Notes: generated by a model from the sequence alone, not told the origin. Shown: positions 37,106-50,728, counted from the stretch's first letter. The stretch is 64,000 bases of DNA from a virus (IMGVR_UViG_3300027991_000080:12741-76740); one strand, 5' to 3'. Numbers and translations: made by a program.

Positions 37106-38437
37106 ATGGCAGCAATGAGCAAGGTGAAGGAAACGGCGATTCTCGGGAAGCGCAACTCGAGGTTCGGTGACTCGCGCGACGTGAAGCGCGTTCAGTTCGG
37201 TCTCGGTGAGTCGCCGGGAACGGTTGGGGCTGGCGAGAAGTGCTTGCGCTGCTCGTTCGGCAACATCCCCGTGATCGAAGAGGTCGTGTGGACGATTCCT
37301 CTCCCGCTCACGGCGGACGAGGCTCTTTCGACCCTCGGTGACACGGTGAACCTTCTCTCGGGTTCCTCGAGCGTGCCCGGAGTGGCGTCGATCGACTCGA
37401 CGTTCCTCATCAACGGCATTCTCCAGACGGACATCCTTGCTCAGGGTATCGGTGTGCACGTGTTCCATGAGCCGATGAGCTTCTCAACGATCGGCAACTC
37501 GTTCGCGGCTCCCGATGCGAGCGCGACTCCCCCTCCGTCTCCGGACGTGTGGACCGACAACGATCTGTTCAACGGTGCGCTCGGTGGACAGTTCGCTGGA
37601 GCGAGCCCCACCGCGGACACTGCCCCAGCTCCGGCGGTGTTCGAGTTCGGTGTCGACGTCTGGCGTGCAGGCTGGAACTTCATCAACGCCTACCAGTTCC
37701 AGTGGAAGACGTCGCAGCGCGAACTCGTGTTGAACGAGCTCGCTGCAGACGTCTCCTACTTCGGTTCGTTCGCGGACGCAGAAGCGGCAGGAACGAGCGA
37801 GGTAGCGATCGCGGAGTTCGTGGCCGCCGTCAACGCGACGTACCGCTCGAAGGGTTCGAATACGGTGTTCCTCCCGGCGAACTTCCGCCGCGTGGGCAGC
37901 GTGAACAGCACGTCGGCGACGAGCAACGTCGGCGTGTTCCACCCGACGAGGGACTTCGACCTCGCTCCGGTGACCTGGGGTGGTCTCCGGTGGCAGGGGT
38001 ACGGCTGCCGCGGGCAGATGTATCGGCAGGTCGAGAGCCCGTGCTTCCTCGAGCGCGGGATCCCTATCGGCATGCAGTTCATCGTCCAGGACGCCGTGCA
38101 CCAGGCGCTCATGCTCCAGGCCGTCACGATCAACAACGGCGCGCTCGGTTCGAACGTTTCTCCGGACGAGAACTTCACCTGCTTCACCCAGGTAGGCGGA
38201 GCGGCCGGGCAAGGCGTTCCGACCGCTGGAGCGATCGCTTCCGGCGCGAACAACGTCATGCTGGAGCAGACTCTCGACGCGACTCCGGTGCTCATCCAGC
38301 AGTCGGTCAACCAGTGCCGTCAGATCTACAAGGGCGGCATCCTCAAGCTCGCGATCAAGATCAAGGGCTGGGAAATGCCGGGCGGTTGGAAGGCGTGGTG
38401 CGAGAGCACCGGCGTCATCGGGCCGTCGAAGGGCTGA
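37106..38437 (+). CDS. Candidate major capsid protein (beta-rich, jelly-roll-like)
   Basis: Position after core protein, own terminator; alternating beta pattern (AQGIGVHV, PCFLERGIPIGMQF, LKLAIKIKGW). Confidence 0.55.
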   Translation: MAAMSKVKETAILGKRNSRFGDSRDVKRVQFGLGESPGTVGAGEKCLRCSFGNIPVIEEVVWTIPLPLTADEALSTLGDTVNLLSGSSSVPGVASIDSTFLINGILQTDILAQGIGVHVFHEPMSFSTIGNSFAAPDASATPPPSPDVWTDNDLFNGALGGQFAGASPTADTAPAPAVFEFGVDVWRAGWNFINAYQFQWKTSQRELVLNELAADVSYFGSFADAEAAGTSEVAIAEFVAAVNATYRSKGSNTVFLPANFRRVGSVNSTSATSNVGVFHPTRDFDLAPVTWGGLRWQGYGCRGQMYRQVESPCFLERGIPIGMQFIVQDAVHQALMLQAVTINNGALGSNVSPDENFTCFTQVGGAAGQGVPTAGAIASGANNVMLEQTLDATPVLIQQSVNQCRQIYKGGILKLAIKIKGWEMPGGWKAWCESTGVIGPSKG

Positions 38438-38458
38438 TTCGTAGTCCCCCGTAAAGAC

Positions 38459-38501
38459 ACGAGCGGCGTGGCGGATAGCGTCGCGCCGCTCGTTTCGTTT
38501 T
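38459..38501 (+). terminator. Rho-independent terminator
   Basis: 15-bp stem ACGAGCGGCGTGGCG/CGTCGCGCCGCTCGT (2 G-U pairs), GATAG loop, TTCGTTTT tail. Confidence 0.75.
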
Positions 38502-38526
38502 CAGGCATCTAGAAGGAGTTCCGCGC

Positions 38527-39132
38527 ATGCAGCCCCGTGACCACGATGTGAAAAACCTCGCCCTGTACGCGCCGCGGGTCGCGTACGCAATGGTCGTCGG
38601 CGTTCCCCGCGTACCAGTCGTGCTCGACATTCCGATCCAGTTCTCCTCGAGCACCGTCAATGCTCCGCCGGTTGTGCAGAGCTTTCAGAACAACCTGACA
38701 CAGGACACGCTGATCGAGCGCGTCTCGTACGCTCTGTCGCAGCCGAACAGTTTTCCCGGATCGCCGTTCCAGAGCCTCTACTTCAACCAGCTCAAGCAGA
38801 GCGGGCGCACCGGAATCGGAATTCGAATGGACGTGTACGGCGGTCCAAAATACGCCATCAACGATTCGTTCACCGATCTCGGTAACCTCGCCGACGTGTT
38901 CGCTGTGACGTGGCCTCAGGGATGGCCGCTCTACAAGCAGAGCAACGTCAAGGTCGCCGCGATTCTCACCGACACCCCGACTAGCGTTCCGTACAGCGCA
39001 ACGATCTCGTTTCTCGGGTGGCAGTTCAACGACAAAACGATCGACGACATGTCCGATCAGGACGCTCGTGCCGCTCTCCGAAAGATCGGGATCGACACGC
39101 CCGATCTGATGAACCTGCTCCCGCAGAGATGA
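38527..39132 (+). CDS. Candidate small capsid protein (single jelly-roll-like)
   Basis: Beta pattern DTLIERVSY, IGIRMDV, WPLYKQSNVKV, ATISFLGWQF. Confidence 0.5.
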   Translation: MQPRDHDVKNLALYAPRVAYAMVVGVPRVPVVLDIPIQFSSSTVNAPPVVQSFQNNLTQDTLIERVSYALSQPNSFPGSPFQSLYFNQLKQSGRTGIGIRMDVYGGPKYAINDSFTDLGNLADVFAVTWPQGWPLYKQSNVKVAAILTDTPTSVPYSATISFLGWQFNDKTIDDMSDQDARAALRKIGIDTPDLMNLLPQR

Positions 39133-39135
39133 TCC

Positions 39136-40023
39136 ATGAGCTCCCGCACCGAAAATGTGATCCGGCTGCAGAAGCACCCTGGTGGGGTGGCAGCCGGATT
39201 GCGCTCGGTGCTCGACAACGGTCGCGTTGAGCTCATCACGAACGGACCCAACTCCGAGTTTCAGTTTATCGGAAGCGATCCCTGGAACACGAACGCCTAC
39301 ACGGGCCTAGTGGTTCCTGCTGCCCCGAGCTCTTCAATCGGCGATGCTCGGTATTTGTTCATGCTCGCTCGCGCGAGCTTCGGAACTGGCGAGCAGAGTT
39401 CTGACAATCTCGGGGTAAGGCTAGTCGGAATCCGCCAGTACGCGGAGCTCGTTGCCCGCATCTCGGCAGATGATGATGACGTGTTCGCCAGCGGCCCTCC
39501 CACCGGATCGACTGTCACGTTGCGTAAGGAGATCACTTCTCCGCTTTGGCATCCGTTCGACGGAGACATCTCGTGGCACGTGATGATCATCAACAAGGTC
39601 CAGCGTGACACGCGAAACCCTGCGAACGCGGACGGGTTCATCTACCAGGACGCGCTTTCTCCGGCGCTGATCTATCAGACTGCCGCTCCGTACGCGCCGC
39701 CCAACGGCGGACGTCCGTGGGGCACCCCGCTCGCGGCGTCTCTCGGCAACATTCACGAGCTCCGGTATCCGTGGCGGACCACCAGGAGTGAGCGCGTTCT
39801 CGATATCCCGCTCCCGGTTCCGTGTGACGTTGCGCTCTTCGCGAGCGTACGGCAAAACGATCCGACCCTGAACCCGGTATTTGCTGGAGGGGTAACATCG
39901 AACCAGCTCGCGTCACTCTCTCCTGAGGATCAGTTCGTAGCGGCATGGCCGGCGTTCGCTCAGTACGGGACGATCGCTGGAGCGCTCGTGTTCGACCAAA
40001 ACATCGGAGAAGATGTGCCATGA
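39136..40023 (+). CDS. Beta-rich structural protein (minor capsid/penton candidate)
   Basis: VRLVGIRQY, ISWHVMII, DIPLPVPCDVALFASV, IAGALVF; in structural operon. Confidence 0.5.
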   Translation: MSSRTENVIRLQKHPGGVAAGLRSVLDNGRVELITNGPNSEFQFIGSDPWNTNAYTGLVVPAAPSSSIGDARYLFMLARASFGTGEQSSDNLGVRLVGIRQYAELVARISADDDDVFASGPPTGSTVTLRKEITSPLWHPFDGDISWHVMIINKVQRDTRNPANADGFIYQDALSPALIYQTAAPYAPPNGGRPWGTPLAASLGNIHELRYPWRTTRSERVLDIPLPVPCDVALFASVRQNDPTLNPVFAGGVTSNQLASLSPEDQFVAAWPAFAQYGTIAGALVFDQNIGEDVP

Positions 40024-40271
40024 GTGGAGTGTCCAACGAGGACGGTCGAGACTGGGGCGCTATGGCGAAAGCCGTAGCCATCCCAACGATCTTCGGCGCT
40101 GGCATGGGCGCAGCGATGTCTCTCGTCGCAAAACCTCAGTACCGTAGTCCGATCATCGGAACCGGCGCTGCGTTTGGCGCCCTGATGGGCGTTGCATTCG
40201 TCGGAAGCACTGGGCTCTTTCAAGAGAGACCGCGCCAGGTTGGCACCAGCGGTTCACTGAGGTTCCCATGA
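40020..40271 (+). CDS. Small two-TM membrane protein
   Basis: Two Gly/Ala-rich hydrophobic helices; ATGA coupling. Confidence 0.7.
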   Translation: MSGVSNEDGRDWGAMAKAVAIPTIFGAGMGAAMSLVAKPQYRSPIIGTGAAFGALMGVAFVGSTGLFQERPRQVGTSGSLRFP

Positions 40272-40981
40272 CCCCCGCGCAAGCGTACGGACACCCGAGA
40301 TTCATCGACGACGTTGCGACTCAGGGACCTACTGATGAAGGTCTCCGTCGCGCTGACTGCATTCAGCAAGAAAAACTTTCCAGGTACTCAGATTGTTCAA
40401 AAGGAGTGATTCCAATGTGGACCCAGCAGGCACTTTCGACCGTTCGTGGGCAGTCAGCCGGATACGTCGCAGGTGTCGGCGACATGGTCTTGTTTGGCGG
40501 AAGAGGCGCACTCGGATTCGCGCTCGAGGCTGCTGGAGATCCGGAAGTCTGGTCGAAGCTAGGCGCTGCGCAGCAGACGTGGGTCGCAAATACTTTGCGC
40601 AAGCTGAACGACAAGATCGTGTCCACGACGGGAAGCAAGTGCCCAACATGGAACCCCGCTGTCATCACGGCGACGGCCGGATGCTTTCAGGTGTGGTTCA
40701 ACGCGAACTACGGCGGAAAGCTCACTGACGCGAGCGGAAAACCAGTCATGCTGCGCACGGACGGAACCTTCGACCAGCAGACGCTAGACGCGCTCCGTAC
40801 CGTCGTTGCGACGTTCGGAACCACGGATTTCCCGGATCCGTTTCCGGGCACGTCTCTTCCGGGAGAGACTGGCACCGGGGAGAAGAAGCTCTCCACCGGC
40901 GCCATGATCGGTATCGGGGCAGGGGTCGCAGCTGCAATAGGCGGCGGTCTCTACCTCGCCACGCACAAGAAGAAGCGCTGA
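40268..40981 (+). CDS. Protein with C-terminal KKLSTG-TM-KKKR anchor
   Basis: DGTFDQQTLDAL (PG-binding-like); ends GEKKLSTGAMIGIGAGVAAAIGGGLYLATHKKKR. Confidence 0.8.
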   Translation: MTPAQAYGHPRFIDDVATQGPTDEGLRRADCIQQEKLSRYSDCSKGVIPMWTQQALSTVRGQSAGYVAGVGDMVLFGGRGALGFALEAAGDPEVWSKLGAAQQTWVANTLRKLNDKIVSTTGSKCPTWNPAVITATAGCFQVWFNANYGGKLTDASGKPVMLRTDGTFDQQTLDALRTVVATFGTTDFPDPFPGTSLPGETGTGEKKLSTGAMIGIGAGVAAAIGGGLYLATHKKKR

Positions 40982-40994
40982 AAGGGAATTTTCG

Positions 40995-42395
40995 ATGACG
41001 TTGTTTCCGTATCGCGTTCGGCAGGGGGAGTCGCCGGCAATCATCGGTCGCCGGTTCGGCGTTTCTTCGGCCGCAATCGTTGCCGCAAATCCGCACAAGC
41101 CGACCACGATGGTTGCCGGACAGCGCACCTTCCGATCTCTCGGGGTCGGAGAACAACTGAGCGTTCCGATCGGTGTCGGCGCAACGGTTCCGATTGCGGA
41201 TCCGGCTGCTGCTCACGCGACAATCCGCGAGGGTAGCCGAGGACCGGATGTGGCTCTCTGGCAGACCATCATCGGATCAGGTGTCGACGGGATCTTCGGA
41301 CCGAACACGACCGCGAAGACGAAGTCCTGGCAGGCAGGACATGGGCTTGCGGCGGACGGCATTGTCGGTCCCAAGTCGTGGGCAGCGGCGCTCGGTGGCG
41401 CTTTCCCTGCGGCTCCGGCGGCCAGCGCACCGCTTCCCGCGCCGACGGTGACTCCGGTATCGTTGCCGTCTCTGCCTTCCGTGAGCGCTCCTGCTGCGGC
41501 GATGGCGATCGCCACGATCGACCCGTGCTACTCCGGCAACGTCGACATGATCTGCGCGGCGCAGCGTGCGCTCGGAATCACGGTCGACGGAAAGTACGGC
41601 GCAGACACCGCCGCAGCTATCCGTAAGCTGGTTCCGAATGCACCGGCTGGATGCAGTCCACGCCCATCGTGGTGGGCTCCTACCGGGAAGAGCAACTGCG
41701 GAGGCGGCGCCGTTCCGTCGTTGCCGGCCCCCACACCGCTCCCCATGCCGTCGCTACCGCCTCCGGTAGCTACTCCTGTGTCGGTTCCGGCGATGCCTCC
41801 AGTGTCGCTCCCGACGTCGCTTCCCGGAGCGGCACCGGTGCCCATCGCTTTGCAAGCGTTGGCGTCTGCCGATCCGTGCGCTCCGTCCAACTCCGAGCTG
41901 GTTTGCGCGGCGCAGCGCGTGCTCGGTGTGACAGTGGACGGGAAATACGGCAACGACACAGCGAACGCGCTGCGTCATTACGTTCCAAACGCTCCCGCAG
42001 GATGCTCCCCACGACCGTCATGGTGGAGTCCCACCGGATCGAGCAACTGTCGAGGAGCGGCGCCGGCGGTGACGCCATCCGCGCCGAGCGCACCGACGTT
42101 CATTCCGACCCCTGCCCCAGCGGCGCCGATGCCGGTTACGTCGCCTGCTGCTGCTCCTGTCATTCCGGCAGGTCCAGTTCAGCCGACAGTGACCCCTCCC
42201 TCTACTTCCGCGTCAATGACAACGACCGGTGACAAGAAGCTGTCTACCGGTGCCATCGTCGCCGGAGCGCTCGGGGCTGCTGCGCTCGTAGGAGTGATAG
42301 CTGTGGCCACTTCCAAGAAGAAGGGCACGCGACACCATTCTGGCGGGACGCATCACGCCAAGAAGCGAAAGTCCAGCAAGAAAAAGCGAAGGTAG
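40995..42395 (+). CDS. LysM-like + peptidoglycan-binding domain protein with two Cys-rich repeats and KKLSTG-TM anchor
   Basis: YRVRQGESPAII; IREGSRGPDV..WQ..DGIFGPNT..DGIVGPKSW; repeat CAAQR.LG.TVDGKYG..PAGCSPRPSWW.PTG.SNC x2. Confidence 0.88.
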   Translation: MTLFPYRVRQGESPAIIGRRFGVSSAAIVAANPHKPTTMVAGQRTFRSLGVGEQLSVPIGVGATVPIADPAAAHATIREGSRGPDVALWQTIIGSGVDGIFGPNTTAKTKSWQAGHGLAADGIVGPKSWAAALGGAFPAAPAASAPLPAPTVTPVSLPSLPSVSAPAAAMAIATIDPCYSGNVDMICAAQRALGITVDGKYGADTAAAIRKLVPNAPAGCSPRPSWWAPTGKSNCGGGAVPSLPAPTPLPMPSLPPPVATPVSVPAMPPVSLPTSLPGAAPVPIALQALASADPCAPSNSELVCAAQRVLGVTVDGKYGNDTANALRHYVPNAPAGCSPRPSWWSPTGSSNCRGAAPAVTPSAPSAPTFIPTPAPAAPMPVTSPAAAPVIPAGPVQPTVTPPSTSASMTTTGDKKLSTGAIVAGALGAAALVGVIAVATSKKKGTRHHSGGTHHAKKRKSSKKKRR

Positions 42396-42405
42396 CGCAA
42401 TCCTC

Positions 42406-42663
42406 ATGCAGGTAGTCATCACGAAAGGGCAGCTCGAGGCGGTCAAGGCGTGCAACGTTTACCTCGACTCCCCAGAATGGGACGCGCTCGAGGAAAGCCT
42501 CGTGTACGCGAACTGGGAGGCTACCGTTGAGCGATTGCTGGCAACGCGAGCTGGATCTTCGTATCTCGCGTTTCTGGTTTCGAGAGAACTCGTTCCGATG
42601 ACGATGACGGAGTTCAAAGCAGCGCGAACCGCGCGGGAGCGAACGACGACCCATGGCATTTAG
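42406..42663 (+). CDS. Hypothetical protein
   Basis: 85 aa in operon. Confidence 0.65.
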   Translation: MQVVITKGQLEAVKACNVYLDSPEWDALEESLVYANWEATVERLLATRAGSSYLAFLVSRELVPMTMTEFKAARTARERTTTHGI

Positions 42664-43159
42664 AATTGGGCGCAAGTACGCGCAGCACACATATCCGGAG
42701 CCTCGCAGAAGTGGCGGCGTTACCCCGGATGAGTTCGCGAGAAATTTTGCGGTCGGTCCGGCCACTGACACCGACATCACGACGACTACCCCGCTACCGT
42801 GGTCTGACGTCGACGTTGGGGCTCCCGGGAACAGTGTGACGATCACTCCGGAGAGTACGGGTGTAGTCCGCGTCTTGGCGGTGATGACGTTCAAGAACCC
42901 TTCTGGAGCCGACACAGTGGATGCGGTCGTCCAGATCCTTCTGGATGGGGTGGCTCAGGCTTTTCCAAACAATGAGACGTTCACCGTGCCCATCAACGGT
43001 GGTCTTGTGGTTCCGATGCTGGTTGAGCTCGATGGGCTCAATGTCGGCCAAGCGTATGCGATCGGAATACAAGTAAGCACGAGCGATTCCGCGACTCTGA
43101 GAATCGTTCAGGAGTCGTCTTCGATCGAGGTGCAAGAAGTCGAAGAATCGACAGGGTGA
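42653..43159 (+). CDS. Beta-sandwich virion decoration protein, YP-leader family 1
   Basis: MAFRIGRKYAQHTYP; paralog of 43164..43682. Confidence 0.8.
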   Translation: MAFRIGRKYAQHTYPEPRRSGGVTPDEFARNFAVGPATDTDITTTTPLPWSDVDVGAPGNSVTITPESTGVVRVLAVMTFKNPSGADTVDAVVQILLDGVAQAFPNNETFTVPINGGLVVPMLVELDGLNVGQAYAIGIQVSTSDSATLRIVQESSSIEVQEVEESTG

Positions 43160-43163
43160 AGCG

Positions 43164-43682
43164 ATGTCCTTTCGAAGCGGCAGGAGACTAGCGCGGCACA
43201 CGTACCCGGAGTTCCCCCGGGGCGGAGGAAGCTCGTCCGGACCGTTTGCCCGAAACTACGCCGAAGGACCCAGTACCGACACAACGATCGATGTCGATCC
43301 TGGTATACAGCTACCATGGTCGAACGTCGCGGTGGGTTCTCCGGGTGTGAATATTCCAATTACACCTCTGTCCACCGGTGTTGTTCGGATATCCGGAACG
43401 ATCGTTACTCGCAACGATACCACTGACCCAGAGACTCAGTCTGGTCTGCAGGTGCTCGTGCAAGTGGACGGAGCGTCTCAAACGTTTCCGTTCTTCGAGG
43501 CCCCATCTACTGAAATCGCGAGCGGTCAAGCGATCCCGTTCCTGGCTGAAGTTTCAGGTCTAGCGATCGGGGTTCAATCGAACATTTCCATTTTGCTCAT
43601 CGCTCAAGATGCGAACGGAGCCGTACTACAAGAGCTGAGTTCATCGATCGAGGTGATCGAAGTAGCTGCATCTACCGGTTGA
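43164..43682 (+). CDS. Beta-sandwich virion decoration protein, YP-leader family 2
   Basis: MSFRSGRRLARHTYP; shares FARN.A.GP.TDT, LPWS.V.VG.PG, ITP.STGVVR, SSIEV with upstream gene. Confidence 0.8.
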   Translation: MSFRSGRRLARHTYPEFPRGGGSSSGPFARNYAEGPSTDTTIDVDPGIQLPWSNVAVGSPGVNIPITPLSTGVVRISGTIVTRNDTTDPETQSGLQVLVQVDGASQTFPFFEAPSTEIASGQAIPFLAEVSGLAIGVQSNISILLIAQDANGAVLQELSSSIEVIEVAASTG

Positions 43683-43695
43683 ACTGGAGAAAACG

Positions 43696-43884
43696 ATGCC
43701 GAAGATGATTCACGAAGAGCTGCTGTGCTGCGGGTCCAAGCGGTGCCCGACGGTGAGGATCTTCGAAGATTGTTCCATGGAGATATCCGACGACGATTCC
43801 GAGATAGGATCGGTCGGAGTCGTGAAGCTGAGCCCGGAAGCCGTGAAACGCATCGTAGAAATAGCTCAGAAAGCACCAAAATGA
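43696..43884 (+). CDS. Small Cys-containing protein
   Basis: GGAG RBS; CCGSKRCP. Confidence 0.6.
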   Translation: MPKMIHEELLCCGSKRCPTVRIFEDCSMEISDDDSEIGSVGVVKLSPEAVKRIVEIAQKAPK

Positions 43885-45119
43885 CCTTCGTGATCGGTAG
43901 GGGTAGATACGCTCGATCGGTGTACCCGGTAGGCGGGTCTGCGGCAGGCGGTGACGCATCGATCGCGCCTCTGGCTCGTCAAAAGTTCATTGACGGAAAC
44001 TCGTCTCAGACCGGAAACAACGGATCCGCTGGAGATCCTTTCACGACAATTGCGGCATTCATCGCATCGCGACCAAGCGGATCTACTGAAGACGTCAACA
44101 CCAACTACGTTGGTTGGTTGATGCCCAGAACCAGTGGGTATTCGGAAGATGTTGCATTCCCTCCGTACGCATCTACGGAGCTGCGAGCGACTTCTGTTGC
44201 CGACGGTGGTTCTTCGGGAGGCATGGAAATCACCGGAGACTTCACCTGGGCGAACGTGGCTGGCCCGGCTGCGGGCCCCACTGCCGCTGTATCCGTGTTC
44301 AACGTGCGCATCATCGGAGACTTTACAGTCACCGATGACGTAAACGCGCCTCCTTCTCAGGTATTGATCTCAGGAGACAACCCAAGCCCTCTCAGCGCTT
44401 CCCTTGGAGGTGTTTTCGATTCGTCCGCATGTACGAAGCTCGGCATCGTTTCATTCGTCAACGCTGTTGCCGGAGACGACGTCGTGTGTGGCACCAATCC
44501 GAACAGCGCAACAGTTGTTTTCTACAACTCCCAATGCACGGGAGAAGTAAGCGCGCTCGGAATTAGGGCTGTACGAACGGTATTCAGCGGAGCGTCTCTG
44601 ACGTGCGCCGACACAGGTCCCGCTATTTTTCAGGATTGCGCGTTTCAGTTTCCTGGGCAGCTGCTTACCTGCTTTGCTGGAGCGACATTCGACGGCACCT
44701 CTTGGGACAGTTTTATGGAGGCCGGAGGAACGCGATCCTCCGGCACTATCGTTTTAGTTGTGGGAGGGTATCGCGCCGGCGACGTGCCTGGGGCACCTCT
44801 CACCGGAATAAGCACAAGCGTTTCGCTGAACGGTACCGGTGCAACGGCTGGTTTTACCGGATCCGACTCTGGAAACCATTACACGTGTTCAAGTCCTACT
44901 CCTGCCAGCGTCACCATGTTGACCGGAGGGGGAGAGTCAACCGGTGACACCATGTGCATTTCAAAAACCAATCTCGGGGCCAATGCGATAGCCGTCATCA
45001 ACGGCGGTCCCGGAGCAGGAACGATCGGAACCATTCCAGCCAACAGTCGCGGATTCGTTGTTGCCAGATTCGACGGAACCAACTGGATATTCTCAGAGGG
45101 AGGCTCGATGGTCGCCTGA
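43881..45119 (+). CDS. Short fibre/spike (YP-leader family 3); head paralogous to C-terminus of 45596..49180
   Basis: MTFVIGRGRYARSVYP; RQKFIDG...GWLMP...FPPYAST shared. Confidence 0.82.
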   Translation: MTFVIGRGRYARSVYPVGGSAAGGDASIAPLARQKFIDGNSSQTGNNGSAGDPFTTIAAFIASRPSGSTEDVNTNYVGWLMPRTSGYSEDVAFPPYASTELRATSVADGGSSGGMEITGDFTWANVAGPAAGPTAAVSVFNVRIIGDFTVTDDVNAPPSQVLISGDNPSPLSASLGGVFDSSACTKLGIVSFVNAVAGDDVVCGTNPNSATVVFYNSQCTGEVSALGIRAVRTVFSGASLTCADTGPAIFQDCAFQFPGQLLTCFAGATFDGTSWDSFMEAGGTRSSGTIVLVVGGYRAGDVPGAPLTGISTSVSLNGTGATAGFTGSDSGNHYTCSSPTPASVTMLTGGGESTGDTMCISKTNLGANAIAVINGGPGAGTIGTIPANSRGFVVARFDGTNWIFSEGGSMVA

Positions 45120-45139
45120 GCGCCCACTGAGAGAAAAAA

Positions 45140-45592
45140 ATGGCACGAGTAATCGGCAGAGGGCGCTACATCGGTGAGACCTATCCGACCAGAAGGGCGG
45201 AGGGAACACCGATCATACAGCCGGCCTTTGCGTTCGATCAGAACGCTACCGAGTACACCGCGATCGAAGGTGATCCTAATCTTCAGATCGCGTCTGCGTC
45301 CATCACGCTGGTCGCTGGGTCTCGTGTCAAAATCGAGGGGCTTGTTTGTTTCACCGGATCTGTCGCCTCAGGAAGAGGAGTCGTCACGTCTCCTTTGTTC
45401 TCGCTGGTCAATGCGTCGCAATCGTTTGATGTTGGAGATTTCAGGACCTGTAATTTCCTGTCCGTTTCCGATCCTCAGCCGGCTGGTCTTGTAACCATCG
45501 GGTTGTTTGTCACGGTGTTGGGTAACGCAGGAGCTCGTATCGATGCTGCCGGATTGACTGCTCTCACGCTCACTGAAATTCTCGCAACCTAA
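45140..45592 (+). CDS. Beta-rich decoration protein (YP-leader family 4)
   Basis: MARVIGRGRYIGETYP. Confidence 0.78.
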   Translation: MARVIGRGRYIGETYPTRRAEGTPIIQPAFAFDQNATEYTAIEGDPNLQIASASITLVAGSRVKIEGLVCFTGSVASGRGVVTSPLFSLVNASQSFDVGDFRTCNFLSVSDPQPAGLVTIGLFVTVLGNAGARIDAAGLTALTLTEILAT

Positions 45593-49446
<3,854 letters not shown>

Positions 49447-49448
49447 AA

Positions 49449-50438
49449 ATGACGCATCTCATCGGAAGACGCGGATACAAGAGCGAGGCGTACCCGACAA
49501 GGGGAGCTTCGACTACATCAGGGGGGACTGCACCGCTCTCAAACGTTTTCTACATCGACCCGCATTCTACAGATGCGGGTCCAGCAGACGGATCCGACGA
49601 GCATCCGTTCACCACGATTCAGCAAGCATTTGACGCGGTGTTCCCGGGAACACTGATCGGTGCCGAACTCACATTCCTCATCACTCCGTGCTTTTTCGGT
49701 GACAATGCCGGCGCGCTTGTCCTTCCTGACAACCTGACCGGTCTCTTTATGTCAATCGTGGGCCTGTCTGGTTCAAACAGACCCATACTGACAAGCGTAG
49801 AGTCCTCCGTAATCGGTTCCTCCCCAACGGTCGACACCATCACAGGGGGCGATAACTCGAGCAATATTTCGATCAGTTTCCAGTCCTGCAGCGTGAACAC
49901 GATTGACCTGGGAGAGGAAGGGGTAAGCGGGGGGCGCCTGTCTTTCGACGGTGCCCAGATCGGACAGATCGACTGCAACGTGTACGAAGTTCTCGCCGTT
50001 GCATCGGCGTTGGGTGAAACGCAATGCGCGACACTCGAGGCATACTCGAGCTCCGGACAGGATTGCACGTGGACAGCTGACGAGATTCGGGTCGACTCAG
50101 CTACTCGGTTCCAGATTGCGCAGAACAACGTAACGCTTTCGCTCAACAATCCGACAGTCATGTCGAGGATGCCACAGGCGACCATTTCCGTCGCTGTGCC
50201 GGTCCTAGCAACCGATGCGCTTGGGTACGTTGACGTGAGCACCGTCGGGACGGAGCTCGAGGGTATCAACATCGGGGACAGTATCGTCGCCAACCCGACC
50301 ACTGACCTTGCTGGCGCCGGAGCCGGAAACGGCGGATTCTTGAACTGCAGGGTCTCTGCCGCGGACACCATTCGATGCGCGTTCGCCGGGGCCTTGCCTG
50401 GAGGGGCGGCAAATTTTACATTTGCAAGAGTGAACTGA
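49449..50438 (+). CDS. Spike/fibre protein (YP-leader family 6)
   Basis: MTHLIGRRGYKSEAYP; FYIDP...DGS..HPFTTIQQA (DUF1565-like opening). Confidence 0.78.
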   Translation: MTHLIGRRGYKSEAYPTRGASTTSGGTAPLSNVFYIDPHSTDAGPADGSDEHPFTTIQQAFDAVFPGTLIGAELTFLITPCFFGDNAGALVLPDNLTGLFMSIVGLSGSNRPILTSVESSVIGSSPTVDTITGGDNSSNISISFQSCSVNTIDLGEEGVSGGRLSFDGAQIGQIDCNVYEVLAVASALGETQCATLEAYSSSGQDCTWTADEIRVDSATRFQIAQNNVTLSLNNPTVMSRMPQATISVAVPVLATDALGYVDVSTVGTELEGINIGDSIVANPTTDLAGAGAGNGGFLNCRVSAADTIRCAFAGALPGGAANFTFARVN

Positions 50439-50450
50439 AAGGATTGACCA

Positions 50451-50666
50451 ATGAGACGCAAGCTGAAGAATCTGAAGAACAAGAACGGACACTCCGCCAA
50501 CGGAGCGCCGCGACAGCTCCTCGATGAGGCCGTGTACCGCGAGGCATCGGCGAAGCATGCCGGGCTGACCAAGGGATACGACAGCGAGTACAGCGGCGGG
50601 AGCAATCCGTCGCGCCCGCGGGACCAGGCGATCAGTCTCCGGTCGCGCAACGTTCCGCCGGATTGA
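50451..50666 (+). CDS. Small basic hypothetical protein
   Basis: 71 aa, AAGGA upstream. Confidence 0.55.
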   Translation: MRRKLKNLKNKNGHSANGAPRQLLDEAVYREASAKHAGLTKGYDSEYSGGSNPSRPRDQAISLRSRNVPPD

Positions 50667-50699
50667 TCCAGCAGATTTTCTGCGGCTCGGTTGATCTGT

Positions 50700-50728
50700 T
50701 TGACATTGTTGACAATGACTTGTAGCGT
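50700..50728 (+). promoter_or_regulatory. Sigma70-like promoter with overlapping palindrome, upstream of the glycosylation genes
   Basis: TTGACA-17-TAGCGT; CATTGT-NN-ACAATG at 50704-50717. Confidence 0.55.

Noticed and set aside
35420-37468. 682-aa minus-strand ORF and similar long overlapping ORFs (e.g. 37549..38454, 23152..24216, 49619..50650)
   Set aside because: Shadow frames of strongly GC-biased genes; no motifs, and they overlap better-supported CDSs
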